Positions 37,501-52,500 of a stretch of 64,000 nt of DNA are shown here, piece after piece. Positions within the stretch are counted from its first letter, which is position 1. Each line of letters opens with the position of its first letter. The DNA is taken from the NCBI GenBank assembly GCA_949358305.1, contig OX442314.1, forward strand, positions 496,001 to 560,000, read 5' to 3'. A program made the translations under genes and the position numbers. The DNA comes from Strigamia acuminata. Lineage: Eukaryota. The notes beneath the pieces are model-generated. The model had not been told where the DNA came from. It did no database searches and worked only from the letters and a program-made list of their open reading frames with translations.

Positions 37501-40500
37501 ACGCAATACGCACGTTCACTTAATGTTCGTAACAAACCTCCCAAAATTGGCAAATTGCGGATTTTCCACAAAATTGCGGCATTATGGTCCGATTGCGACA
37601 ATTGCGGACTAAAAAATACCTCCAATTTCAAAACTTTTGTTGCAAAAATGCTGTATTTGCATTATCCACACTTATGAAACCATTTTGGAGAAGTTTTATT
37701 TTCGCAAAAGTAGCAGCTTTAGTGATGCTTTGACGCAGAACTACTTTTCCGCATAGTAGCACAATGTCCACAGTTAGGCGTAATTCGGATCAAGTGGGTC
37801 AACGTTGTATTGGTTTTGAGTATACTTGCATGTGTGTACATGTTGATGTAACCGCTGGGGACAGGTCAATATCCAATGGAAGTTTGTCAAGGGATTTTGT
37901 AAAGAGAATATAGTGCAGCTTACTTGTAGGGCTAGATTACTTTTTTAAAATCTTAGAATCGGGATGCGTCTTCAAAAGCTTTTTTTCTATTGTTATTCAA
38001 TGGGAATGACGTCACGTACAAACACGAAACGAGTTTTGCATACGTTTTAGAGTTTTTGAATGCAACGACTGAAATTAATGTTCGTCTTAGAATCGAAGAA
38101 AAGATAACACGTGTATAGAAAATGATGCAGAGAGACTGGTTTATGGTTTATGGTTTACGGCCGTTTATTTAGTTTGTCTCTTTTATTGCTACGGCACTAG
38201 CATCTGGGACCAAGATGTTGACCATGTGGGTAGTGTGGTCGGATTGCCATTGTTTGTGTGGGTTAGAAGACTCGCTCGGTGCATGCGGTGTTCAAGATAC
38301 GGGGAACGGCTTAACAGTCGATTCTCTAAGCCAGGACTTGTTAAACTTTTTTCACTGGCCATTCCTTTTTTCTCGAGAAATTTGTGGGCGAATCCGGATG
38401 AATAGGTTTAGGTCTACAATAGAACATTGTTATAACGAACCGCGCTATAACGAATTTTTCGTTCTAATAAATACTTAAAAATGGCTTGGTTGGTTGGCCG
38501 TAGTAGTCTGTCTTGACTAAGTATTTGAAACTGTAATGGAGTGTAAACTATTTCTAGTTGCCTTCGAAAAATCAAGATGGCGGACCCGCTAGTCCGCGAC
38601 ACACACGCTTGCTTGTGAAAGTTCAAAGTGACTCATTTATTCTAACAATAGGTTTAAATACAAAGGTAGTCGGTTTTATTGGTTCCGACATCTGAACGCC
38701 CATCGGACATATCTGCGTCATGTTTAAATGCCCCCCAGCGACATGATGTTGTCCGTCTTGAACCTCGAAACTCCACATTAGCATGCAAATAACGTGACCG
38801 TTGGTGGAGTTGAGACTTACATAACGAGGCTCGACTGTGTACAGGGTGTTCCAGGCGAACTACAGAAGAAAGAAGTTGAAGTTCAAAATTGTGTTGAAAA
38901 GTTAAATGGGAAGTGTTAGGTATACTCTGTCCAAGTGTAACTTGGGCCTATTTCCGATTGGCTGAGCCTTTTCACTGGTGTAGTGATACCAAAGAATAGA
39001 TCAAAACACTGGCTGACATTTTGAATGCTGTCCAGACAAAACAGCCAATAATAAATTTGAAAATTGTTTTGTTCCTGGAAGAAGCAAACAATACACTTAA
39101 TAAACAGGAATGTTGAAATAAACCAACATAAATCTTTAAAACAAACATTTGAGTTGCGCGACTCACAGTTTATGAACTATATAGTTATAACGTTCGCCAA
39201 AAATGTAAATGCGGGAAGTTTGTTGTCCGCCATTTGCCCGTAAAATCACGTCATTTTGCACCTTTTCGGCCGGATGTCGCCACAAACACAAGACAGAATC
39301 GCATTACAGTCTAACAATTAAATTGTGCTAGATGTGAAGTCCTGTAGTTGATCGTCCTAGGTTGTGCTAACAAGAAAGTCTTACTTGCTGCAATTTCCTC
39401 TCGGTTAATGTGTTAATTTTTACCTTCGTATTGGCGATTGGAATAAATTCAAAATTTAATGTCCTGGAATTGATTCGAAACTGTTGTTTTTGTTAGTTTG
39501 AAAGTGTGTGGTAAAAATGCAGGAATGAATTTATTCTGGCCTAACTTGTGTTGCCCAAAAGCGAGGATATTTAACCGAGGAAACTTGAATTGCAGGGTTT
39601 CGATGCTCCTTGCGGCTTTCTTTCTTTCCTTCCTTCCTTCTCCCCTGTTCAAGTGACTGGAATACTTTATCCGGTCATGCGTTAATGCACACATTCGACG
39701 AATTGACTTATTCAAATTGAAAATTCAAGTGGTGCTATCCTAACCCCAGAACAAGGATACTTTTTCAACAGATCTATCTTCCTGTCAAATTAAATGAGCG
39801 AGCGAGCCAATATGGGCCAAGTTTTTGACTAGCGTTGATCTGAAAACATGACGTCATTCCAGGCACTTAGCGATTAGCTGCGTAACTAAATCGGGCAGAA
39901 AAATTGATGTAATTTGTATTCGAATTGTGGGTGCACTTGAAATTCAGCAGCAGTTACGCGAGTGAAATGGAAACGTGACGTCATAGTCCCCCGTGGAGCT
40001 GCTTCGAGTGGAAGCCAGCCTGGTGTTGGAAACATTGAGTTGCAACCTGTTGTCGCATGCTTCTGCATATTCTCTCCAGGACTGACGTGGGGGATGAGTA
40101 CAATGAATGAGAAATGGGAAAAGGATTAGCTAAGGAGGGAAAACGACGCTTTCCCTAAAGTTCCTTCAGATCTACCACTGTATTGAGGAGAAATGGCTAA
40201 TGATGATAATTCATTAAAGGTCAAGTGCACTGAGTGGAATTTTTACATTTTCTGAAAGCTCGTAATAAAATACAAATAATAAAATACCAATAATCATCGA
40301 GAAAAAAATTCAATTGTGGCTACGTTCACGTCCGACGTGCAGTGTTGTATCTCGTTCACCAAATCGCGAACTAGTTCAAGTTCGCGTTCATCACCGTGTG
40401 AACTAGTTCAAGTTCGCGTTCATCACCGTGTGAACTAGTTCACGTTCACGTTCACGTTCACTACAATTTTTTTAAAAGTGAACTAAGTTCAAGTTCACGA

Positions 40501-43500
40501 ACTTGAACCAATAGTTCAGTTCACTCTTCCAATTTTTTCTTAAATAATTCAAATGTTTTTTTTTATGTTCTGTGGTTTGCAGATGAAAAAAAAAAACACT
40601 TTTTTTTTCTAAAGCAGTCGTTTTCATTGGTTTTAATGACGAAAACAGCTGTTTTTGCCGTTTTCGTTGTAAAAAGTGATCAAAATGAATGTTTAATGAT
40701 GAAAACGTCATCAAAACGTTTAAAACCGATGCAAAAAGTTACGTTTTTGCGATGTTTTCATCATCAAACATGGTGAACGTGAACATCGTTCAAGTTTACT
40801 CTTAAAAGTGAACTATACTCTTTCCACACTCAAGAAACACCTCTCAAAGCTTGGCTCCCATTGGCCACCAATCAACTGCAGTTCTGAGGATTAGTACAGC
40901 AGTTGATTGGTGGCCAATGGGAGCCAAGCTTTGAGAGGTGTTTCTTGAGTGTGGAAAGAGTATAAGTTCGTTTTTTTGCGTTCACTTGTAAAAGTGAATT
41001 AAGTTTGTTTTTTGCGTTTACTTGTAAAAGTGAACTAGTTCGCGATCTTAGTTCGCGAACTAACGAACACTGCCGACGTGAACGTACTATTTTCATGATG
41101 CGCTGTGATTGGTTGAGAGATGCATTGAAATACGAACTGAAAATACACAGTTTGGTCTACTTTGCTAAAAACGGATTGGGGGGGGGGGGGGTTAACCTTG
41201 TAAGAAAAAAAGAAGCTTAAACCTCGAGAACATTGACTTTGAGTAAACTTACGTTGAGGAATCGAATCGACATCAATGGATCTCAGCCAATCACAGCGCG
41301 TCATGAAAATAATACGTTCACGTCGGACGTGAACATAGCCACTGCCTATTTCATAATCACAATCCAAAAACGTAGTTAACCAAAAGCAATGCATGGTGGT
41401 CGCAGACTTCTTGCCTTGCGTCATCAGTTCAAATCAGACAGTCATGCACATGCGCAGACTGACTGTCGATTCAAAATTCAATGCGCAATTTTTTTAATGT
41501 TTTGTGATAGTTCAAAAATGTTTTTTTTTCTGTGACATTGATAGCAATTAGGATGAAGTCATTTTTTAAAGGATTTCCAATCAATCTTATTATTCGAAAA
41601 CAATGGATTGATTGAGGTCAGACACCTTGGATCCACCCAGATCCAAGAATCCAGGTCAAATGAACTTTTGAACTGACTATGTCATGCTCCCACCATGCAT
41701 TGCTTTTTGTGAAATGAGCTAAAACACGATTTCTGGGGTCGGAATTTGATTTGTTTAAGGGCTGCAATAGATCGACAACCATTTTGTTGTTCCAGATAAT
41801 CAAAATGCATTATGGGTAGTTCACACGTGACGTCATGTTTACCAGAAAACTAAAGCCATGTAAAAGCAGTAAAAGCCATCCGCATAAATAAAATCCGAAT
41901 CTTAACTTATCTGTAAAACTGAGTGCATTTAAACGTGATAAATGATTGATCGTACAATATCCAATCGGTATTGCAATTCCTGTCAAGCATTGTGACACAT
42001 TACAGGTGTAATATTGTTAATTGGGACAGTTATGTGATTTCTCAGTGTCTGCAAATTCTCATGCCGTGAGGTGTCTGTCAACACTCGCAGATATGGAATA
42101 ACGTGAACATTGAAACCGGCAATTTAATTAAAGTTGTATAAATGAAAATTAAAACTTATTGAATCCCTGTACTAAATATAAAAATATTTACATGCAGTCA
42201 GCAGTAATCGTTTATTTTACACTCGCTGCATTCAAAAACTAAAACATTTTGTGTTTTACTTCAATTTTAAACCAAAAATGACATCATTTCCTGTTTAAAT
42301 CCATGTTAAAACTTAAAATACACTTTGACTAAAATTGTTATTTTAATTTTTGAATGCAGCTGCAGTTATTGCAAATGGGTGTTATTTTATCGATGTTGTA
42401 TTGTAAACAACAACACTGGGTTCTGGAAACTTTCGGTAGAACTACGGGGTGTTCACAAAGTTTTTAGACAATTTTAAAAAATTAACGTTAGGTGATAACA
42501 AAATAATTCTTTTTGCATATTAATACGTTTAAGTTTTTTCATTTATTTTGGAAATCGATTAAGAAATAAAAATAATTAAAAAGGAAATGTATGATGTTAG
42601 GATATCCTTCGGCTGTTGAAGGGCACCCTTCCTGTGTCAGGAAAATAAATCTTCTTATTTGTTTCCACACAAAGTAATGTATTTACCATACTTGTATATG
42701 TGAGGTAAAATATGTCTAGGTTATAATATATATATTATAAATGTCTTGTCTGGTGCAAAACGACGTTATTTTGTGGGCAAATGGCGGACAACAAACATCC
42801 CGCATTTACATTTTTGACGAATGTTATAAAAATAGTTCAATTTTATTTAACGTTTGATTTTAAAATAACATAGAAAAAAAACAATAACTAATTTTCAAGC
42901 ATTATTTTTAAATCAAACGTTATATAAAATTGAACTATAGTTATAACGTCCGCCAAAAACGTAAATGCGGGATGTCAGTTGTCCGCCATTTCTAAAAAAT
43001 GGCGGATGTGAAGTCCTATACTGAAATTGTATCTGTTGTGATTACACGTTGATTTACTCTTCGGGCTTTAATTGGATGTAAACATTCACGGATACGGAGG
43101 CATTAACTTCTCATGTTTTTATGCGGTGTGGGCGACGTGGGCGTATGCACAAATGACGCCCACCTTGTTTACGAATTGGGTGTATGAAGAAGATGGGGAA
43201 GGATAACAATTCCTTTCACTCGGTTTCGCACGCCTGCAAGCAAAGCGATGTTATTAAATCTGACATTGTTCCATTTTAATATCCGGTTACCACCGTTTTC
43301 CTACCCGAGAGAATGGGCTCGAAAATCTCGGGATTTGTGCCGGGAGAATGGAAGGCACGTGACCGCGATGCGCCAACACGATTGGCCGCCCGTTTGACGC
43401 CGCCATTTGTAAAGGTCACGACGATTGAACGAAGTCGGGAATTTCTAGGAAATTCGACGATGCTCGTAAATTAATTTTGAATTTATAACGGCGGTGTGGT

Positions 43501-46500
43501 GGGTGGGGAAAGGAAACTCGGGGGAGGAAAAGGAAATTTAATAACGATTCGTGGCTGTTGTTTCGAGTTTATCGATTAGTCGAGTCTTTTGTGCGAGACG
43601 TGGCGAAGTTTTGAGTCAATCACGCTGCCATCTTAGTTACAATCTCATTAAAATTGGAATGTATGGAGTTGTATTTTTCTTTGAAAGCTATCGGTTGCAG
43701 TTCGTGGGCTCTCGGGGGTTGAGGAACCATGGCTACATCGCTCTGGATGACGTCACGTTGAGTCCGGAATGCTTCGGAATTGGTAAATAAATAAATATGG
43801 AGATTTTGAGATTTGGTTTTGGAAATTAATTACAATTTTTGATTTGTTTGCTTTTTTTTTAGGGGTTAATTTGACTGATGAAGAAAAACAAGGTAGGATC
43901 ATGTTTTGCAGTGTTTGTTTCTACTTTTGTTTGAGTCTGATGAAATTTATCAAAAATTTGATAAAATTCATTTTGAGTCTGATGAAATTTATCAAAAATT
44001 TGATAAAATTCATTTTGAGTCTGATGAAATTTATCAAAATTTATCAAAAATTTGATGAAATTCGTTTTGAGTCTGATGAAATTTAAAATTAATACAATTT
44101 GACAAAAATTTATATAACTTTCTCAAGAATTTGATAAAATTTATTGAAATTTATCAGAAATTTGACAAAATTTATTGAAATTTCTCACAAATTTGACAAA
44201 AATTTATAAAAATTTTTCAGGAATTTGGTAAAATTCATTGAAATTTCTCAAAAATTTGACAAAATTTATTGAAATTTCTCACAAATTTGACAATTTATTG
44301 AAGTTAAGGGTGCGGCGGATAGGATACAATCCGACCCAAACCGAATTCGGATTAAATTGAATCGGATTCGGAAGGTCTCAAATCAATCCGATTAAATCGG
44401 ATTGGATAATTCAAAATTTTATTCATACATTCTGGATAGGATTGGGGAAAAAACCGATCCTTATAATCCGAAATTCAAAAAATCAATTTAAATGCACTTC
44501 ATTTTAAATTCTTTTTCGACTTATTTTGGTCAGTTTTGCACTTAATTTATCCGTTTTTGGTCTTTTCTGAACTTAATTCATCAGTTTTTGGTCATTTTTG
44601 CACTTAAATTCATCAGTTTGAAACGTATGGACGTCTCAATCCTATCCGCAATCCGCACTCGGTTTGAATTGAATGAGGATAGGATGGGCCACCATTTTTT
44701 TCACAGATAGGATTGGATATTTGGTTCATCCATCTGAAATTTTTTGCACTGGATTGGATTTTTAAAAAGTTTGATTCAAACCGATTCAAACGTACCCTTG
44801 ATTGAAATTGATCAAAATTTATAAAAGATTTGACGAAATGTTTGAAAAATTGATGATTTATCCAAATTAATCTAAAAGTGGAACCAAATTCATCAAGATT
44901 TGTGAAAAGAATGGATAAAGGCAAGTGTGGCTGAAAACTCTCCAGGAGACATTTTTTAATCACATCCGAAGTAAATCCAAATTGATCAAGATTTTTAGTC
45001 GAGTTTAAATTTTGACTTTTTCACTGTTGACATCATTTGCAATAATGATTCAGCGTGAAATATAAATCACCAACATCACCGCGAAAATCCGTCGTGCAGC
45101 TATTAATCCTCTTCCTTTCATCTGGTTGAGCAAACTGCCACGTGGCGTCGATGGAAAATAATTTAGAGCCTTGGCGTTGCCACAGCGAATCAACAAGTTT
45201 TTCTAAATGCCCAGAGCCTTTGTACACAATCCAATCCACACATGGCTGACACTTTGATGATTTAATTGGAAGTGGAACTGCTTTTTCAAAGGTTGAACAA
45301 ATGTGTGGTATCGATGGTGGCCACCTGCTCGTCTTTGTACTCTTTGAGCAAATTACAAGCTTGATTGCTAACACAAAATTTGGCACAAAATGTCAACTAA
45401 AATTCAATTTGCTTTTGAAATAAGTGTGCTTGTGTTAAGTGATGGGTTTTCTACATTTTAGTGCTTTAGAAGAGTAATGAAATTATGTTTTTCCTTGAAA
45501 TACATTGGGGATAGAGTGGAAAAAATGAATGCAAACTAGATTACAATGGAGTTAAAGCTGTCGTGGAGATTCAATTACTTCTTGCAGTTTCTAGTGTTTT
45601 TATCTTTTTTTATTATACCTTCACAAAATGCATAGTTTTTCATTTTTTATTTATTTATTCATTTTTTATTTTGTATGAAATCCAATCAATGGGTTGATTC
45701 AATAGACAATTGATTTTTCTTGGTGAAAATTACGAAATACTTGTTTACTTGTGCGGTGATACAATACATGGAAATACTGTGCTTTGTTTGAACCAGAATA
45801 TTTGAGCTAGCTTTTGAATTGTAGCATCTGAATCTTGTTCTGAAAATTGGTAGGGATGCCTACCAAGTTGGGAGGTTGGTTGGTGCGCGATCGTTAGAAA
45901 GTTCCGGAAGCTCCGACTCGTTATTTGGCTTCTTATCGCTCGATTCCTCCCACGACTACAAAGAAAACTTTAGCTTTGCTGCAACTCCCGAAGCGCGATA
46001 TCTTGTTAGCATCAGAATATTTGAGTTAGTTCTGAATATTAGTGTAAACTCATGTAGAGTCGTGTTCAAAAAAACTGGACCTTCACTCTGTGCTGGGAAT
46101 TGAAATTGTGAGTAATTTTGTATTTTGCCACTAGGTGAAACACCAGGCATTAACAGGTGATAATACTTGTACAATACTTGCCAGTCTAGAGTGAAGGTCT
46201 AGTTTTTTTGAACACGACTGTACAATAGAGTGCTGATTATCAGTACGTTGGTCAAGAGAACAAATGGTGAACTGAACAGTGGTGATTGACATTTTATCCA
46301 CTTTTTAAGTCGATTTTTGTTTTCGTATCCAATACAGAAGTGTATAAAACTATACTCTTGTTGAGCTCAAGAAGACCCCCAAATCCCATTGGTCGAGCCT
46401 CATTACTACTAACTCTGTATACTACCACTAGGAGAAGTAGTTTTGACTTTTATTTATTTTTGTGATTGTTATGACCATTTAAGTTAATATAATTTTGATT

Positions 46501-49500
46501 TTTCTTATTAAAAAATGTTATTTCCATTTATGAAATGTAGTTTTATGCACATATAAATGTAAAACTCATGTTTGTTCTGTTTATTGGTTGCTTTGTCTGG
46601 AAAGCATATAATTTTGAAATTTTGGCTGTTACATAGGCAATCGATTACAATGTCTGTACATTGTAATGCAATTCTGGTATTTGGGTCTTTTTTTTTGGAT
46701 CACTACACCAGTAAAAAGGCTCGACCAATGGGATTTGGGGGCTTTTTTGAGTTCAACAAAAGTATAATGACCATTTCTTGAACAAATTAGTTTTATGGAC
46801 AGTGAATGTTCCCCGATCAGTTCGGATAATCGAAGCTTCACTGTAGTCCAAAATTTAATAAATTGATCTTTTAGGTCATTTCTTATAATTCAGCACCTTT
46901 TCAACACACTTTATTTTGACCATTGCCTAACGTAGGCTTAATCATTTTGTAGACAATGATTGTAGGCTTAGGTTGTGATTTGGTGCAATTTTGACAAATC
47001 TAGCTCAAAATACTAGGCGCATTCAATTACTGTTTGTCTAAATTTTCGGCTCGTTCAAATTTTTAGACGAAATGTTTTGTTTCTGAATGCTGCTAAACTA
47101 TCAAACTTTATCAAGAATTCCAGATCAAATTCTAGGTCATCACCAACGCTGCAAGTCGCACATGGGTACCATATTTTTTCGAGGTTTTCTTTCCCTTGCT
47201 TTTTTTCTATTGTTTCCAGTTCAAATAATAACTATAGTGATGATTATTATTGTTGTTTACTCTTAAAAAAATAACTGCTCCAAAATTGTACCTACAAGGG
47301 AACCACGTGAATAAGTCATCACAGATTTTGACCATTTTTTGGCCAGATGTCTAAAGTCTAAATTGTTGCGATCGATCTAACGGAAATTCAAGATGGCTGC
47401 CAACAAGATCCGATTTGAACGAGAGAACTCGTTGCATGGAGATTTAAACGACCTAAATAGGTCGTTTATTTTCAGCCCGTTTAAACGGGTTTAGATGATC
47501 GTTTATGAGTTTCCTGCACTACATACTCATTTCAAATTCAAAGTATCTGAAATAATTTTAAAAATATTTGCCGAGTAAATGACTTTTTCCACCCTGAGGT
47601 TGACCGTGAAATTGTTGAAAAATTGGCAGCAGCACTTAAGGCAAATGGTGGCCAACCCTGCTTTAAGTGTCTTGTTATTCTCATTGAGCACAAGGGACAT
47701 TCTGTGTCATTAATCTTACTTAACAAATCTCCTAAGTTAAAGATTGCTTGATCTGTAACAACTGCTTAAATACTATTGTGGTGCCATAACACTAAAACTA
47801 GATGATACTGTGGTGAAATACAATGGGACTGGCAATGGGACTGGTATTCGGAAAATATCAGTTACCATATTTTATCAATTAAGAGCTGCGGCTTTATTCA
47901 GAACTGCCATTTTTGTCAGCAATTACAATTTTGGTTTTTCCTTTGTTACATTTGTTTAATGTAACTAACGAAGTCTGAACGTCATGAACGAAGCGTACGT
48001 TTATCGTCCATGAGGTTAAATAAGGAAACAATACCGTACTTTTGCAAAAATACGGTATTCAATAAAGCCATCAATCATAACTAAACCTGTGTCTTTGGTC
48101 GTATTTCGGTGGATATTCATCGAGTGTGTTGTGTCCAGCGCCCCGTGGCTCTCCCCCGATCACGTGACGTCCGTCCAAACACTCACAAGTTGAATTTTTT
48201 GTTTATTTGTGAGGACCTCAGTCGCGGCTACTATTCGAGGGCGACTCTTAATCAGTAAAATACGGTATTTTGAACATGCTCAATTTAAATGCGAATTTGT
48301 TGTAACGTATCAATGAGTTTTTGCACCATCTGGTGGATACAGCCAAAAGCACTCATTGTGCAGGTGAGCTTGAAGCTAAGCAGGGAAGATTTTTATGGCC
48401 ATGGCTGTATGTCATCGGTTAACGATGTGAGATGCATTAGTGTATCTTTCTATCTCTATTCAGAGAAATTCAATACTCTCGTAGCATAAATTTTCCTGGG
48501 AACAGTAGCAAAATTGATTTGAACCCAGGCTCTGTAAGCTCAGTAAGTTGCATAATTGGAAAATCTGACATGTTTTCAATTTGCTATTTGCATTCTAATC
48601 ATTTCAATGGAAATAAAGATCAAAGCAGTGTTTGTGTTACAAATAAATGATGTGTTTCAGAAATGACACACCATTGCTCTAATAATTTGTATGCAAATGT
48701 TAGGCTCTTGTATTTGGCAATTCAGTTTGGCTGTTTGATTGAACCTTGCACATTCTGCTCACTAGCTGTTGAATAAATCATGAGTTTATCAAAATTCAAA
48801 TCAATATTCTATATAGTGCAAGTGTTGTTTTGAAAAAGACTTATTTCAAAGGAAAAAAAAAACATTTTAATCAAAATATAAAGAATTGTGCCGGATTACG
48901 CCTAACTGTGGACTGTGCTCTACGACGCGGAAAAGTAGTTCTGTTTATTTTCAATGAAATTTAGTGTAAAAAGTGATTAGAAGGATGGATTTTATTTAAT
49001 TGGTAATGAAATGTTTATTTTATTTGCTAAAATATGCTTTTTTTCCCTTTTAATCAATGAAACAATGTTAGCATAGGTTGTTGGTTTCTTTTGGCAGGTG
49101 AACAAAGTTTATTGGTTGTTTTGCCTAGTTAGATAACAATTCCGGTCTTATGGGCTACTTTTTTGTGCCACCATACCAGTGATACGGCTTGAATTAGGAC
49201 AACGTTGTATCGGGACAGAGTTCAATATTGTATACAAGTGGTGACGCAAAAGCAACTAAAGTCAGTATAGTCACTGGTAATGTGGCACAAATTGCTTTGT
49301 TGTAATTTGTGCAGTTGCATGTTATTTAGGTGCCTGTTCTGTTTTTTTTTCAATCAAGTTAATTATGAAATGTGATTGAAAAGGTTCTGGACCTGTATCC
49401 AAACACCGAGGGATTTGATTGACCAACTTGATACACTTGGTGGATTGGATGCAATCAAAACAACAAGACTCGCAAGTCAGCTGTGTCTTGTAAACAAAAT

Positions 49501-52500
49501 TAGTTTGCTTCAACGTGATTTTGATCAACTTGTCAAGGTTATTCTTTGATGCGATTCTAAGTGAATCTGATTGCCTGACCTCACTTTGATTCTATAAATC
49601 TACATCCACACCAGGCTGAAGTTGGCACCACATTCACATTCGCCCAAACTACAGATAAAACAAATATCTTTTTTTTACCACGGATTTTAATGGTTTTACA
49701 CCAAAAGATAGCGGACTTTCTCCTTAACAAACCCTGAAAAGCCCAAGTCTCGACCCCTCTTAGTTTTCGAGCGGCAACCATTTGAATATTTTGCAACAAG
49801 ATTTTTACTAAATTTCCAAATATGGTGGCACAGTTTCAAACTCGAATATCTCAGCAAGTTAACCACGGGTTCTTTTTTTTTTAAAAAACACTTGTGCTTT
49901 TCAAGGTTTGTTAAGGAGAAAGTTCTCTATCTTTTGGTGTAAAAACCATTGAAATCCGTGGTAAAAAGAATTGGGATTTGTTCTATCTGTAGTTTGGGCG
50001 AAAGTCACATTCACAAATTAATCTATAATTTAATTACTGCATATCAAAGTGGCATCAGAAATGCGCTCCTTTTCTTAAATATTTGAAAGCAATTTTACCT
50101 CCCACTGAAAAAATCAATAAGTGCATTGAAAGTTAGTATTTGTGTGGTTTTTGGCGTTTTTATAAACAACAACAAAAGAGAATGAGACCTTGCTGAACCA
50201 TGAACCGGTAAATGTGAAGTGTTTGGTTGCCATTTTTAAATTGGTTGTAACAGCAGAAACCAGGCTACATAAATCACCTGAGAAATCACTCTGGTTGTGC
50301 GGTCTGTTTTTGCAGTTTTTTACTATGGTTTATGACCAGGGATGAAAGAAGCTGGAACACTTCGTAAGGCCTTTCCGGTAAAAGATTTGGAAACGGATTG
50401 CTGTTCCGGTTTAAAATCACCATTAATTATTTAAATTAATTAAATAAATAATTAGGAGCTTATCTTGTTTATCTTCTTCGAAACCGGTGGACGGATTTAG
50501 AATCTGAAAAGTATACCCAACAGCTCGATGCCATGGTCAGGGATTAAGTGCATCGATATTAATATTAATATTGTTAATCAGTGTTGTATCGAACGCGAAC
50601 TATTAGTTCACATCCGTGAACGAAGTTCATTTGTTCACGAACTTCGTTCACTTTTAATGGTGAACGCGAACGTCGCAAAACGATACTTTTTGTTGGAAAA
50701 ATCACAATTTTGAAAAGTGAACGTGAACTATTGGTACAAGTTCGTGAACTTAAACTAAGTTCACCTTGAAAAAAATTGCAGTGAACGTAAACACGAACGT
50801 GTTCACACGATGATGAACGTGAACTTGAACGCATGCACACGATGACGAACGTGAGCTTGGAACACGTTCACATCTAAGTGAACAAGATACAACACTGATA
50901 TTAAAAAGTTTTTCTACACTACGGCCATAAATGAAAGAATGGACTTTACTGATGACTCAAAAACGGGACTTGTTGAAAAATTGGCATTTCGGTATTCGCT
51001 GTTTAAAAAACCGTTAAACCGGTAATTTTCGGTAATAAAGTAAAATAAAATAGCTACAATGTTAAATAGTTTTATTTTAATTTTCTTTTATTAAAAAGTA
51101 AAATTTTAAAAAATTTTTTTTTTTTGAAGATTTTTTCACATTTTGAATACGATTTTTAATACATTTCATGTTCTGATTTTAAAAAATTATTTTCTAGTTA
51201 ATGTGTCTGCTTAAATCAGTTAATGGGACAGAATTCAGGGTCAAGTTAATAACACACTTCTTCAACTGTGTTTGTAATTTTGACGCCATTTATAAAACAT
51301 ACAAAAAACTTTCAATAATTTTGAGAATTTTTTTTTAAATATGGTAATAACAATAATAATAATAATAAATAATAGTAAAGTATAAAAGTAGAGAAGTTGT
51401 TTTGTAAATAAATGTACTTGCTCTTTTAAACTCGAGTTTCAATCAAACAAGGTCAAGGAAAGGGAAAGGGGAACCTCAGTAAGTCAAACCCCTCATATTC
51501 CTAAAAATATTTCAAATACTATTGGACCAAATTTTTACTCAAAAAATATATACCGTAAAAAAAATAATAATAATTAATTGAAAATAAAAGTAGTTAAAAT
51601 CTAACCATTTCCATCCCTAAAATGAAATATTTCCGCGGTGTTTTCCAAATTTTTCTCCCATTAAAAATATAGGTAACAAAACCGAACTATAGACGGAATT
51701 CGGTTTTTTAAAAAAAAATACCAGTTTTTGGTACCGGTAAATACCGGTAGAGAAACCCTACGAGTGATGATCCGATAGGATTTGCACCGAACAAGAATTG
51801 GTTAATTAGCTTCCCAATGTAAAGCGATTGGTTATCTATAAATATATGAATGTGGTGTGGCTGGTTTCTGTGGTTTGGTGGAGTCATAGATAACAAGCAG
51901 CGGTGTATCTGCCTGGCAACTGGCAGGACCAATCTAGGATTGATTCTCTTATCCGGCTTGTTAGTCTTTTCTTATTTGTCTTTTTATAAAAGTGCCACTG
52001 ATGATAACGCAAAACTTATCTTAAGGCAGTGGCTAAGATCCATTCATATCGATTTGTTTCGATGTTCTCGAGGTTTTAGCTTCTTTTTTTCTTAGAAGGG
52101 GGGCATAGTCCCCCCAGACCTAACCTAATCTGTTTTTAGCAAAGTAGACCAAACAGTGTCCATATTTCAATGCATCTCTCAACCAATCACAGTGCGTCAT
52201 GAAAATAATACGTTCACGTCGTTATCTTAATTTAGTTGCGTAAATAAAAGTGGTGAGTGGCATTGAGGTATGGTTAGAATGTGAATACTAGTAGTGAGTG
52301 TTGTTTGGCAGCTTAATCGAATAAAGTGTGCACTCATTTTGCTCAATGTGTTTTTCCATCCTTCACACTCGATTGCTCAAATGCCATTGGATGAGTCGCC
52401 ATGGAAACTGAGATGGGGGGTTTAAGGTTTAATGTGGATTGTGGATCACATATAGAAAGTCAATAATTGTGCAATATCTAGTTGGGTATTAATCGAAATG

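Larger units (their letters stand above)
40317..41341. mobile_element. MITE with ~65-bp TIRs, outer element of a three-level nest
   Basis: TGGCTACGTTCACGTCCGACGTG[insertion]AACGTACTATTTTCATGATGCGCTGTGATTGG pairs with 41281-41341. Partial relative at ~52130-52221. Confidence 0.75.
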
